From Flavobacteriales bacterium (GTDB lineage Bacteria; Bacteroidota; Bacteroidia; NS11-12g; UBA955), in assembly GCA_947463435.1 (NCBI GenBank), contig CANHTS010000003.1, forward strand, positions 1 to 41,401: 41,401 nt of DNA, written 5' to 3'. Positions 29,039-39,050 of the stretch are shown piece after piece; the stretch's first letter is position 1; the number at the start of each line of letters is the position of its first letter. A program made the position numbers and the translations under genes. The notes beneath the pieces were generated by a model, which was given only the letters and a program-made list of their open reading frames with translations, was not told the origin of the DNA and searched no databases.

Positions 29039-32000
29039 TTAACGGAACAGATGGAAGGTGTTGTTATACCAATGCCTTACGCCTTTGAAATCGGTAATAT
29101 CCAGCGAAACAACATAAACGCCCGGTGTAACTGGTTGGCCCTTGAATGTGCCATCCCATGGTTCGCTGTTGTTCGTACGGTACATCAGTTCACCCCAGCG
29201 GGAATAAATTTCCATTTTGTATTGCTGTATGCCCATTCCCTGGGGTGCAAAGAGATCGTTTTTTCCGTCGCGCCCTGGGGTGAAGGCATTTGGAACGTGC
29301 AGGGTGAAAATGTAGCGCACCTGCACGCGGTCTTCGCTGGAATCGCGGCAACCGTAATCATTTTGTACCCACTGGCGCAAACGATACCAACCGCTGTCCG
29401 CATAGGTATGGTTCACGTTGGAAGTCTGGTAAAGACTGCTGCCGTCTCCCATATCATACCAATACAAAGTGGCGCCGGCGCTGCGGTCGAGCAGACGAAT
29501 GACAGGATCGAGAATGGTGGTTCCATCGGCTGGCTGGATTTCAAAACCAGCTGAAGGAACCGGATATACCCAAACCGGTCTCACGGTATCGTAACGGCAA
29601 CCATAATTGGTCAAAATGTCTAGCCGCACATTGAAGATTCCATCGCTGCGGTAGGTGTATTGTGGATTGGCGCTTGAAGAAGTTCTGCCGTCGCCGAAGT
29701 TCCAGCTATGGCGAGATACGCTGCCACCGGGAACCACGCTGAGGTCATTGAAGCTGGTGAAATCACCCAGGCATACGGTATCAGCAACAAAAGCCGGAAC
29801 GACTTTATCAAAAGCGGTTACGAACCGGATCAGCGAATCGCGACAACCCTGATTGCTGGAAGCGTGCAACGCAACACGGTAAGTTCCGGCGCCTGGATAA
29901 GCATGGGCGGGAGAACCATTGGTGCTGCCTTTTCCATCACCAAAATCCCAACGCTGGGTTGCGATGCTGCCGCCGGTCACCCGTAATGTGTCTCTGAATT
30001 CAAAGCGGTTGTCGTAGCAGGCATTCACCGCTCCAAAGCCAATTTGTGGCAAGGCGTGAATACGGATATTCCGGTTGGTGTGATAAATACAACCTTCTGC
30101 GTTTTCCAGGCTGAGCTTTACGTTGTAGAGACCGGGGTTTTTATACCGGTAAACCGGATTTTGCAGGGTGGATGAATCGCCGCTGCCAAAGAACCATTTC
30201 CGTCTGGTGGGTGTGCCGTTTCCGGTATGGCTGCCGCTGAAAACTGCATCTTCTCGCAGGCAATGATCGCTGAGGACAATATTCGGCCTTGCAGCATGAT
30301 GCACTATGGCTTCCTTGCTGAGCGAATCGCGGCATCCGTACTGGCTTTCCAGGTAAAGCCTGACAGTATAGCGGCCACCTGCGTTGTATCGATATGTCGG
30401 ATGTGTAAGATTGCTGCTGTTGCCGTCTCCAAATGTCCAGTTTCTGCTGCGGATGGTGCCAAAGTCAATGCGCGAACTGTCGCGGAACCGTGTGGTGCTG
30501 TCTTCACAAACAGCCTGCATGCTGAACGCAGGAACAGGTGATGGATAAACACGGAAACTGTCGGTGCGGCTGTCGGCGCAACGGCGATCGCTTTCCACAA
30601 ATAAGTAGACCGGAATCATGCCGGCATTACGCGTTCTCCATGCCCCGCTGTTGCTGCTAAAGCTGTCGCTGGCTGCAATTTTCCAACCTATGCGTCCTTT
30701 TCCTGCGCCATTCCAATTGGAGTTATCGCTGAACCGGAGGCTGTCGCTGATGCAGACTCCGTTGCTGATCAATGCTGCCACAGGCCGGGGATGAATGGTT
30801 GCCGAACCGCTGAAAGTATCTTTACAACCGTTGATGCTGGCCGCGAAAAGGGTAACTGTGTATGTACCGGCGGCTGGATAAATGTGTTTTACGAGTTTTC
30901 CGCTGTCTGTCTTGCCATCACCAAAATCCCAACGGGGTTTGAGCAGTGTGCCGCTCAACAGTGTTGTGGAATCGGCAAACCGGAGTGTGTCGGCGCCTTT
31001 TCCGTAGCATGCAGCTCGGTTGCCGAAGAAAGCGCGCGGACCAGGGAATACGTTCACTGTGGCGCGGAAGGTATCGGTGCAATTGGCATCGCTGATAGCG
31101 ACAAGGCGCACACTTCGGCTGAGGCCGCCATTCATGCGCAGGGTTTGTTTCAGGCCGTTGAGTGTATCCAGGCTTCCTAATGTCCACTGGCGCTCGCGGA
31201 TGATTCCGGTGCTGAGGGTGCTGGAATCGGTAATCAACGGGTCTTTTCCTTCGCACACACGGCTCCAGCCAAAGGCGGCGCGCGGATAAGGTTTGATTTG
31301 AACCCTGGCGGTATCCCAGGCTTTACAGTTGTTGGAGTCGCGTACTTCGATGCGGTAGGTTATTGTTGCGGCAGGTCTTGCTATGGTATTGGCACGGAGC
31401 GAATCATTCAAACCTGTGCCGGGAGTCCAGCGGAAGCGGTAAAGACCTTTCCCCCCGCTGGCTTTGGCGGAAAGAGCTGTGGGTTTACCTACGCAAAGGA
31501 GTGTATCGGTCGGACCGGCATCCACCACCGGAGGGGCGTGAACGGCCAGGCGCACCGTATCCCGCGTGGTGCAAAGGCCGCGGTTGGTGGCGAGAATCAG
31601 GTCGTATGTTTCCGATTTTCCACTGCCATTTAGCAACAATACGCGCGGCCGGGCAAGGGTGTCGTTGTCGAAGGCTGCTGCAGGTTCCCAGCTGTAGCGG
31701 AAACGGTTGGAATTGAATAAACCGGCCCGGAGGCTGTCGCCCGAACAAACCTGCAAATCCGGTCCGGCATTGGTTAAACCGGGAACCGGGAATCGGGTTT
31801 GACGGAATAGGCAGGCACAGGCAGCAGAATCAACAACAGCAATAACGGCACAGGAATATCCGGCGCGTATGCGCAAGGTTTTCAGGACATTGGCTGTCGC
31901 ATTCGCCGCCAGTCCTGATTTCAGGGTATCAGTACCAAGAATCGGATCTCCGGGGCTCAATCCGGCAGAAGCGTCGGCATCGTAGTGGTAGCGTATGACG

Positions 32001-35000
32001 ATGGGTGCGCCGGCAGCAATCCGTACACCGGTATTCCGAATGCTATAAGAGAGTTTGATTTCTTCGCTGTCGTTGCTGAGTTGCCGCGCCGAAATTCCCA
32101 TGTTCAGGAATTGGGGTTGTGCTTTCAGCAAGGTTGGACGGCTTAGCTCTTTACCGGTGATGACATTGATGGTGCACTTGGAATTGTCTTTCACACAAAC
32201 CACCTCCTGTTTCACGACACTTTGCCCGTACAAATCAGCCTGTCCGCAAGAGAAGAAACGCCCATCGGTTTGAAAGCGGAAACGGAATTCCATGGAATCG
32301 CCGGGTTTTATACCCCCGCGTAAGGACCATTCCACTTCGGTTGCGCCGTTTACATCGCGGCGTCGCACTGCTGTTGGCCCGTTGCGGATTGCAGTAAGCG
32401 AACTGGTATCGTAAACCATTCCTTTGGGAAGGAGGAGCTGGTATTTGTCGTTCCACGAAGTAGTATCAGGACCAAGCACAACAACGCGTACCCGCATGTT
32501 GGAGGGTTTTTCGCAAGGGAAAATGCTGTCTGCCCATTGTTTTACCTGGGTGAAATAGGGTCTGATTACCCCTTTAATATCCAGCGGATAACTGATGGCA
32601 GGGATAGAAGGGACAGGATCTCCGCAGCGGATGATGGCTGCAGCATTCGCCCGTACAAAGCTGCCCGAGGAATAATCGCAATTGGTGCGTGCACGGAAAG
32701 AAATAAACAGCTTGTTTTTTGACGTGTCTGTTGTGCCTCTGAATCCTTTTGCAAGGGTGCTGTTAAGCTTATCGAGGTTCCACTCGTAGGTGGTTCCGCT
32801 AACGAGCGAAGGAGCAGGCAGGGAAACAGGGGCGGCATTGCGCGGGTATTGCAAGCGTACCGTTCCTGAAACTACTTCCATACCAAGCGGTAAGGTCAGT
32901 TGGACGCGCGTATTGTACGTGCTCGTGGCCTGCACATTCTCCAGCAGGATCCGGTAAGGCACTTCAGCGCATAAAGGAGCGATGCTGGCCGAGTCATACA
33001 GCGTAAGCTGGAGTCGCGTGTTCTGGGGCTCAAGGAACAGTTTGGTTTGATTGGGTGTGCACCTGTAAGCAGTGAGGTCTTTGGGGTATTCGAGGCAGTT
33101 CCAGCCACCGAGTAAGGTGAGCGAATCTTTGGTACAGCTGGTGTAAACGGCTCTGACCTTAAAGCGGCGGACGCCATTGGCAGGCAAGTTACCGGCGCGG
33201 TAAACACCATTGACCGGGCGAATGAGGGTATCGCGGACAGCATCGCGGATTTCCACCACGCGGATTCCTCCTGCAGAAACCGGGCTCAGCCAAGCATTGA
33301 AAGCGGCAAAGCCAGTGGATGCATTCGAGTAACGCACCTCCCATTCTGCCGTATCGGTGGAAGCATAAAGCGTTGGCAAAACGGGTTGTAAAGAGAGGTT
33401 TGGGCGGTTAAACACGAGGTAGTCGTCATGTCCGGCTACAGAAGAAGGAACGGTATCAAAACCGCGTCCCAGGCTGTTCCGGCGCTCAAAAATGAAATCG
33501 TATTTGAGGGTAATCGGCGTTCCGGCCGGCAATTCACAACCAGGTTGTATCAGGGCGTTGAAATACCCGTGGAAACCATCGTCGCTGTAAGACAACTTAC
33601 CGCCACGGTCTTTGTAGAGATTGGTGGCATCGATCACCAGCGGACTGATGCTGCCGGCGACGGGTTGCAGGCTGTCGGCGATTTCAGTTACAGTCTGATT
33701 CGAACCAGCAGTGCGGTATTGTACGATTTGCGAGCGGATATACTTCGCTCCTGCTGGCAGATAAAGTCTTACAGCCTTGAGTCTTCCGAAATTACGGTAT
33801 TCGTACTGAAAATAGTTGCCGCCTCCGTAGTTGGAACAGCAGGGCCCGGCGCTGAGATAGAAGTAATTATTCACCCATAAGGGATTGCAGCTGTTGATGT
33901 TATACGTATTTCCCACCCAGTTCAGGAAATACCAGCCGCCGATGAACATCTCTCCTGAAAAAGTATCGCACTGGAAGCGTTGGCTGGCATTCGGAGCCGG
34001 CACGGTACCAAAATAGAAACGGTTGTCCCAGCGTGCGGTGACACCACCGTAACTAGGGACACCCGGATTGCCACTTACCCTGTAACGAACAATCAGTTCA
34101 ATGCTATCGTTTACGGTATAAAGGTAACTGGAAGGCAGGCAGCCACCAGCGGCAATGCTATCGAGTGTGAAATCGAATAAGAAGGTAGCATTCACCCCAC
34201 TGGTCACCTTTCGGTGCCTTACACGGTTGCAGGTACCGGAATACAGCGATCCACGCTTGTAGACGCGGAGGCGGGCATCAACGACAGTAAGGTAACTTCC
34301 GTTGGTGACGATGCTTTCCGCATACGCAAAGCGCCAGAGGGTAATTGAAGATGTGCGGCGTACCTTGCCAAAAAATGTGCTGGTGATGGTGTCGCCGGGC
34401 AGTGCCCTTTCTTTTCTTATTTTACTGTGATCCAGGCTTCCCGTGGCATCCGGCAACCCGTCGTTGTTGTTGTCGGGGGAACCAAAGGTGCTGCGCTCAA
34501 CCTTGAAATTCCGGAATTGCATGCCGCCGTTGCAGACATCATAACAATGTAACCGCAGTGTTACACTGTTGCAGAAAGTGCGAATCCAGACACTTGGATT
34601 GCACAGCGGATCCGGATTGTATCGGAACGTGGCTGCGACGGTGCGGTTGGAATTGCCTGTGGCTCCGACGCAGCTTGCCGTCAGGTAAACCATCATATCA
34701 CCATTGTTCAGGCTGAAGGGAACCGGACCTTTGAAAAATGCGCGAATGGTATCGCCATATTTTCTCACCGAATCCGAATTCCAGGTACCGGTAAGGTTGG
34801 CGTTTTGAAAGAAGAAATCTGACGCATTCAGTGAATGGGTAAGACCCGGAGGAACAATGATTTCTGCCCAATAGCGTGCCCGCGAAGTGCCGGCGAAGAA
34901 ATTTGTACTGCCAATGGTGTAGCGAAACAGCTTCTTTTCTGTATCGACCATATCCGTAGGAGCAAGCGGTGTAACACTCATTCCGGTCCAAACGGGTACC

Positions 35001-36337
35001 TGACCCCACGTCCAGTTTACGGTCTGAGTCAGTTTACATGGATCGGTGAAAGTTGCCATGTACTGCCAGCCGATTCCATAATAGGATATATTACAGATAT
35101 CAGGGGTACAGGTATACATGTTCCAGTCGATATAGATTGTATCGCCTGGTGCCATTGTTCCAATTCGCAGACGGATTAATCCAACAGCCTGAGGCCCGAG
35201 ACAGGTATAAACAGCACTGCTGCTGTTGGTGAAGATGATGGAATCGACCTGTGCTTTGAAACGGGCGCCTTTCCAGCCACGGCGCAACCAGATGCTGGCT
35301 GTATCCAGCCGCGACATCATGTTGTTGCTAAACCCGAAATTGGCGCTCTGAGCAAGTGTAATGCGCACGTTTTCCGCCTTCATTTCTCCGCGGTTGAAGA
35401 AACGTAAACGCTGTGCTGAAGCAGTTGCGGAATTATAACAGGTGCTCACGCTTCCCTGAACGATACCGGTCAAAATCGGTGCGCGGGTATCTTTGATCAC
35501 AGTTGCATTTGAGCGAATCGTTTGGCAGTTTTTTCCATCGCAACCCCAGGTAAGCTCAATACTTGTGGCAAAGGCGTTGCAGCCAATGATTTCAATGCTG
35601 TCCGTTATGGTGACAGATTCGTTTTGATCCAGCACCGAATCGCGGTCGCCGATGGTTTGAAAGAACGATTTTCCAAGTACGTTGATCACGGTGTCGCGAC
35701 CGAAGTAAGTAGCGCTGCGGTTTACACCATACGTCCGTATATCCTTTCCGTTTACACGCCTGAGCGTAATCGATGTCAGCGGACCTTTTCCATAATTGGT
35801 AATGGTAAAAGTGCGCACAAAACGGTCGCCAACGTTACCTGTGAAAGATTGATTGCTGATAGAAGCGAAGCCCGGTGCCGGCACGTTGGCAGGAAACGGA
35901 TTGGAAGTTGCCTGGTCAAAACTTCCCACATAAGCTGCCCTGCATGTGATGCTGGGTGTTCCGCTTGCGTTCAGGAAACCCAGAAAATCGCAATTGGACC
36001 TGATGCCGTACCGGAATGTAAAACGACCGGCCAGACTGAGATTGGGCCCATTGAATACCGGTTTGTTCAGATCGCTGATATTGTTTTCGCTGACGCCGGT
36101 GCCGGCGACAGATCCCGGCACATACATAACGCCGGGTGGCAGGGTAAGTGTAACAGTAATGCTGCTTACCGCGCCGGGGCTGATATTGATGACGGTTGCC
36201 CGGGCGGTATCGCTTCCTGCGCAAATATTCAGGTTGCGAGGTGTACTCAGGGTAAAAGTTAACCTGTTCCCCTGCGCGGATAGGTTCGCTGCAAGAAACG
36301 AAAGGAACAATAACAAAATCCCCCGGAATACTGACAT
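29039..36337 (-). CDS. Giant surface protein with PKD repeats and T9SS type B (CHU_C/gliding motility-associated) C-terminal domain
   Basis: Signal peptide, multiple W.FGDG...Y...G.Y.V.L PKD repeats and C-terminal VPNAFTPGRDGKNDLF...IYSRWGE...WDG. The start is ATG 36337 or GTG 36343. Confidence 0.92.
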   Translation of the reverse strand: MSVFRGILLLFLSFLAANLSAQGNRLTFTLSTPRNLNICAGSDTARATVINISPGAVSSITVTLTLPPGVMYVPGSVAGTGVSENNISDLNKPVFNGPNLSLAGRFTFRYGIRSNCDFLGFLNASGTPSITCRAAYVGSFDQATSNPFPANVPAPGFASISNQSFTGNVGDRFVRTFTITNYGKGPLTSITLRRVNGKDIRTYGVNRSATYFGRDTVINVLGKSFFQTIGDRDSVLDQNESVTITDSIEIIGCNAFATSIELTWGCDGKNCQTIRSNATVIKDTRAPILTGIVQGSVSTCYNSATASAQRLRFFNRGEMKAENVRITLAQSANFGFSNNMMSRLDTASIWLRRGWKGARFKAQVDSIIFTNSSSAVYTCLGPQAVGLIRLRIGTMAPGDTIYIDWNMYTCTPDICNISYYGIGWQYMATFTDPCKLTQTVNWTWGQVPVWTGMSVTPLAPTDMVDTEKKLFRYTIGSTNFFAGTSRARYWAEIIVPPGLTHSLNASDFFFQNANLTGTWNSDSVRKYGDTIRAFFKGPVPFSLNNGDMMVYLTASCVGATGNSNRTVAATFRYNPDPLCNPSVWIRTFCNSVTLRLHCYDVCNGGMQFRNFKVERSTFGSPDNNNDGLPDATGSLDHSKIRKERALPGDTITSTFFGKVRRTSSITLWRFAYAESIVTNGSYLTVVDARLRVYKRGSLYSGTCNRVRHRKVTSGVNATFLFDFTLDSIAAGGCLPSSYLYTVNDSIELIVRYRVSGNPGVPSYGGVTARWDNRFYFGTVPAPNASQRFQCDTFSGEMFIGGWYFLNWVGNTYNINSCNPLWVNNYFYLSAGPCCSNYGGGNYFQYEYRNFGRLKAVRLYLPAGAKYIRSQIVQYRTAGSNQTVTEIADSLQPVAGSISPLVIDATNLYKDRGGKLSYSDDGFHGYFNALIQPGCELPAGTPITLKYDFIFERRNSLGRGFDTVPSSVAGHDDYLVFNRPNLSLQPVLPTLYASTDTAEWEVRYSNASTGFAAFNAWLSPVSAGGIRVVEIRDAVRDTLIRPVNGVYRAGNLPANGVRRFKVRAVYTSCTKDSLTLLGGWNCLEYPKDLTAYRCTPNQTKLFLEPQNTRLQLTLYDSASIAPLCAEVPYRILLENVQATSTYNTRVQLTLPLGMEVVSGTVRLQYPRNAAPVSLPAPSLVSGTTYEWNLDKLNSTLAKGFRGTTDTSKNKLFISFRARTNCDYSSGSFVRANAAAIIRCGDPVPSIPAISYPLDIKGVIRPYFTQVKQWADSIFPCEKPSNMRVRVVVLGPDTTSWNDKYQLLLPKGMVYDTSSLTAIRNGPTAVRRRDVNGATEVEWSLRGGIKPGDSMEFRFRFQTDGRFFSCGQADLYGQSVVKQEVVCVKDNSKCTINVITGKELSRPTLLKAQPQFLNMGISARQLSNDSEEIKLSYSIRNTGVRIAAGAPIVIRYHYDADASAGLSPGDPILGTDTLKSGLAANATANVLKTLRIRAGYSCAVIAVVDSAACACLFRQTRFPVPGLTNAGPDLQVCSGDSLRAGLFNSNRFRYSWEPAAAFDNDTLARPRVLLLNGSGKSETYDLILATNRGLCTTRDTVRLAVHAPPVVDAGPTDTLLCVGKPTALSAKASGGKGLYRFRWTPGTGLNDSLRANTIARPAATITYRIEVRDSNNCKAWDTARVQIKPYPRAAFGWSRVCEGKDPLITDSSTLSTGIIRERQWTLGSLDTLNGLKQTLRMNGGLSRSVRLVAISDANCTDTFRATVNVFPGPRAFFGNRAACYGKGADTLRFADSTTLLSGTLLKPRWDFGDGKTDSGKLVKHIYPAAGTYTVTLFAASINGCKDTFSGSATIHPRPVAALISNGVCISDSLRFSDNSNWNGAGKGRIGWKIAASDSFSSNSGAWRTRNAGMIPVYLFVESDRRCADSRTDSFRVYPSPVPAFSMQAVCEDSTTRFRDSSRIDFGTIRSRNWTFGDGNSSNLTHPTYRYNAGGRYTVRLYLESQYGCRDSLSKEAIVHHAARPNIVLSDHCLREDAVFSGSHTGNGTPTRRKWFFGSGDSSTLQNPVYRYKNPGLYNVKLSLENAEGCIYHTNRNIRIHALPQIGFGAVNACYDNRFEFRDTLRVTGGSIATQRWDFGDGKGSTNGSPAHAYPGAGTYRVALHASSNQGCRDSLIRFVTAFDKVVPAFVADTVCLGDFTSFNDLSVVPGGSVSRHSWNFGDGRTSSSANPQYTYRSDGIFNVRLDILTNYGCRYDTVRPVWVYPVPSAGFEIQPADGTTILDPVIRLLDRSAGATLYWYDMGDGSSLYQTSNVNHTYADSGWYRLRQWVQNDYGCRDSSEDRVQVRYIFTLHVPNAFTPGRDGKNDLFAPQGMGIQQYKMEIYSRWGELMYRTNNSEPWDGTFKGQPVTPGVYVVSLDITDFKGVRHWYNNTFHLFR

Positions 36338-36345
36338 GGTCACGC

Positions 36346-36353
36346 CAAATATA
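36346..36353 (-). promoter_or_regulatory. Bacteroidota -7 promoter element (TATATTTG) for the PKD protein
   Basis: TAnnTTTG 8 nt upstream of the ATG at 36337. Confidence 0.6.
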
Positions 36354-36391
36354 AGGAATCCTTAAAATCCTGTGAACCCAAGGCATCTGAC

Positions 36392-36399
36392 TACCTTTG
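36392..36399 (+). promoter_or_regulatory. Bacteroidota -7 promoter element (TACCTTTG) for der
   Basis: TAnnTTTG 4 nt upstream of the ATG at 36404. Confidence 0.7.
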
Positions 36400-36403
36400 C
36401 AGC

Positions 36404-37771
36404 ATGAATCGCATTGTTGCAATCGTCGGAAGACCCAATGTTGGGAAGAGTACCCTTTTCAACCGTTTAACCGGAGAGCGCAAGGCAATCGTAGACGACG
36501 TGAGCGGCGTAACCCGCGATCGTCACTATGGCGAAAGCGACTGGAACGGCACGCGATTCATGGTTGTAGACACTGGCGGCTTCGTACCTGAAAGCGAAGA
36601 TGTGTTTGAAAAAGCCATCCGCGACCAGGTGCATATCGCCATCGAAGAATCGGCTGTGCTGCTCTTTGTAGTTGATGTGACATCCGATATCCATCCGCTC
36701 GATGAAGAGTTTGCCGATGTGTTGCGCCGCGCAGGTAAGCCTGTCTTGCTGGTTGCCAACAAGGTGGATACAGCCAAGGTGAGTCCGCAAACAGCTCAAT
36801 TCTACAGTCTGGGTTTTGACGAGCTCTTTGAAATCTCTGCCATCAGCGGTTCAGGAACAGGAGAACTGCTCGACCGTTTGGTTGAGATCCTCGGTCCGGA
36901 CGCCCAAACACCGGTTAAAGAGCGCTTACCCGAGCCAATAGATGAGAATGATGAATCGGCTGATGCTGAGCCTGCGCTTCCCTGGATACCCAAAGTAGCC
37001 GTTGTAGGAAGGCCTAATGTTGGAAAATCGTCTTTCATTAACGCCCTTACCGGTCAGGACAGAAATATTGTAACTGAAATCGCCGGCACCACGCGCGACA
37101 GCATTCATACGCATTACAAAGCCTATGGTAAAGACCTGATTCTGGTCGATACTGCGGGAATCCGGAAAAAGAGCAAGGTGCAGGAGAACATTGAGTTTTA
37201 TTCGGTGATGCGTTCGCTGCGCGCGCTGGAAGAAGCCGATGTGGTTGTGTTGATAATCGATGCCACGCTCGGTCTTGAAGCGCAGGATCTCAATCTCTTC
37301 TGGCTGGCACACAGAAATGCCAAAGGTGTGGTGATTCTGGTGAATAAGTGGGACTTGGTTGAGAAGGAAACGAACACCATGAAGGCTTACACGGAAGACA
37401 TACGTAAGCGTCTGGAACCCTTCACCGATGTGCCGATTCTGTTCATTTCAGCCATGACCAAGCAGCGCATTTTCCAGGCGCTCGAAGAGGTGATGCACGT
37501 GCACGAAAATATGCAGCGCCGCATATCCACCCGCGAGTTGAATAATTTCCTCCTGCCGATTATCGAAAATCAACCACCGCCAAGCCGCAAGGGTAAGTTT
37601 GTAAAAATCAAGTATGTAACCCAGTTGCGTTCGCGGCGCATCGCATTTGCCTTGTTCTGCAATCTTCCCCAGTACGTGGCAGACTCGTATTCCCGCTTTC
37701 TTGAAAATAAGCTTCGGGAAAGCTATGATTTTAAAGGTGTTCCGATTAGCCTGTTTTACCGCCAGAAATAA
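36404..37771 (+). CDS. der: Ribosome biogenesis GTPase Der (EngA)
   Basis: Two G domains (GRPNVGKS twice, DTGG/DTAG, NKVD/NKWD) and a C-terminal KH-like domain. Confidence 0.98.
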   Translation: MNRIVAIVGRPNVGKSTLFNRLTGERKAIVDDVSGVTRDRHYGESDWNGTRFMVVDTGGFVPESEDVFEKAIRDQVHIAIEESAVLLFVVDVTSDIHPLDEEFADVLRRAGKPVLLVANKVDTAKVSPQTAQFYSLGFDELFEISAISGSGTGELLDRLVEILGPDAQTPVKERLPEPIDENDESADAEPALPWIPKVAVVGRPNVGKSSFINALTGQDRNIVTEIAGTTRDSIHTHYKAYGKDLILVDTAGIRKKSKVQENIEFYSVMRSLRALEEADVVVLIIDATLGLEAQDLNLFWLAHRNAKGVVILVNKWDLVEKETNTMKAYTEDIRKRLEPFTDVPILFISAMTKQRIFQALEEVMHVHENMQRRISTRELNNFLLPIIENQPPPSRKGKFVKIKYVTQLRSRRIAFALFCNLPQYVADSYSRFLENKLRESYDFKGVPISLFYRQK

Positions 37772-38289
37772 GGCCTCAGATTTTCCGGCATTTCCGGATG
37801 GGGGCCGAGTATTTTTTCCATCAACAGCACATCATGCCAGGCTCCAAGCTTGAACCCTGCCTTGTGTAAGGTTCCGGTTTCAATAAAGCCCATGCTGCTG
37901 TGCAGGGCAACACTTTCGCGATTGGGCAGGGTAATGACAGCGTAAACATTGATCATTCCTTGTTCCTGTAGTAAACCGAAGAGCATTTCGTACAATTTCC
38001 GGGCAAGCCCCTGTCGCTGAAAGTCGGGGTGGATATATACGGAGCTTTCACAGCACCATTGATAGGCGGCGCGCTCGCGGAATTTCCCTGCATAAGCATA
38101 GCCCGCAATTTTGTCGTCTGATTCTGCAACAAGCCAGGGATATTGTTGCATTACACTTTCAATTCGACCGGCAAATTCTTCCACGCCCGGCACCTGATAC
38201 TCAAATGTGATGGCGCTGGTTTTGACAATTGGCGCGTAAATCGCGCATATTCCCGCTGCGTCGGCGGGCTGTGCAAGGCGAATCTGCAT
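37756..38289 (-). CDS. GNAT N-acetyltransferase, phosphinothricin/YncA (ArsN1-like) type
   Basis: Motifs IY...V..SAITFE, PWLV, RERAAYQW..ESSVY, QRQGLA, LPN..SVALH..MGF and GFKLG.WHDV. Confidence 0.9.
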   Translation of the reverse strand: MQIRLAQPADAAGICAIYAPIVKTSAITFEYQVPGVEEFAGRIESVMQQYPWLVAESDDKIAGYAYAGKFRERAAYQWCCESSVYIHPDFQRQGLARKLYEMLFGLLQEQGMINVYAVITLPNRESVALHSSMGFIETGTLHKAGFKLGAWHDVLLMEKILGPHPEMPENLRPYFWR

Positions 38290-38290
38290 G

Positions 38291-38956
38291 TCAGGAGTTA
38301 ACGGCCAACGTTAGGAAATCGTTCACCGCTTTTCCGCTGCGGTAGACCTGCATCAGGTAGTCAACCGGATGGTTTTCAAGGATGGTTTCCGGTTCGAAAT
38401 TGTGGCCAAAATACCATTGTTTACGGGCGATGAGCGGATGGGCGGTTGCGAGCTCCTTTAGATCGCCGGCTACGCGTTTCTGTTCTTCACCCTGCAAAGT
38501 GCCGAAAGTTTTGCGGAAGGCCGGTGCTGATACCAGCGCTTCCAGTTTTTCGGGCCTTGCGGCTATGTATCGGCGAATGCGATCAGCCAATGCAGTATCC
38601 GGATTGTAAACGCCCATATACACGACGCATTGTTCGGCCCCCAGCTGGAAATAAAAGCCTGGGTTCATCATATCCTTCTTGCCTCCTGGAGCAAAGGCTG
38701 CTGCCATGTGCAATTTGTATGGTGACTTGTCTTTTGAAAAGCGGATGTCTTTGTTGATCCGGAATATCAGGTCGCCGGTTTTCATTTGGTCGTGCGGGGC
38801 ACCCAATGCTACTTGCATGGCGGCCACCAGTTGATGGAAGGGCGCTTTAACCTCGCGTTCGTAGGCGTCTCGGTGGGCATCAAACCAACCTTTACGGTTA
38901 TCGGATGCCAGGCCGATGAAAAATTCGAAGAAGGGGAGGCCGGGGAAATGTTGCAT
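38291..38956 (-). CDS. DUF2461 (TIGR02453) family protein
   Basis: Motifs N.K.WFDAHR..YE and IFRINKDIRFSKDKSPYK. Start placed at MQHFPG, with a TAAATTTG -7 element at 38978-38985. Confidence 0.9.
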   Translation of the reverse strand: MQHFPGLPFFEFFIGLASDNRKGWFDAHRDAYEREVKAPFHQLVAAMQVALGAPHDQMKTGDLIFRINKDIRFSKDKSPYKLHMAAAFAPGGKKDMMNPGFYFQLGAEQCVVYMGVYNPDTALADRIRRYIAARPEKLEALVSAPAFRKTFGTLQGEEQKRVAGDLKELATAHPLIARKQWYFGHNFEPETILENHPVDYLMQVYRSGKAVNDFLTLAVNS

Positions 38957-39050
38957 GGAGGTCGGGCTTATGAACGTCAAATTTACATTGCTTTGTTGCC
39001 GGGCATTGTAAGTCTCCGATTTGTGGTGTTTTTTTGTGGAAACCGCCAAC

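Noticed and set aside
37756-38289. Arsenic-resistance (arsN) or GNAT toxin-antitoxin module
   Set aside because: There are no ars genes or antitoxin-like partner nearby, and the sequence fits the widespread YncA/Pat type.
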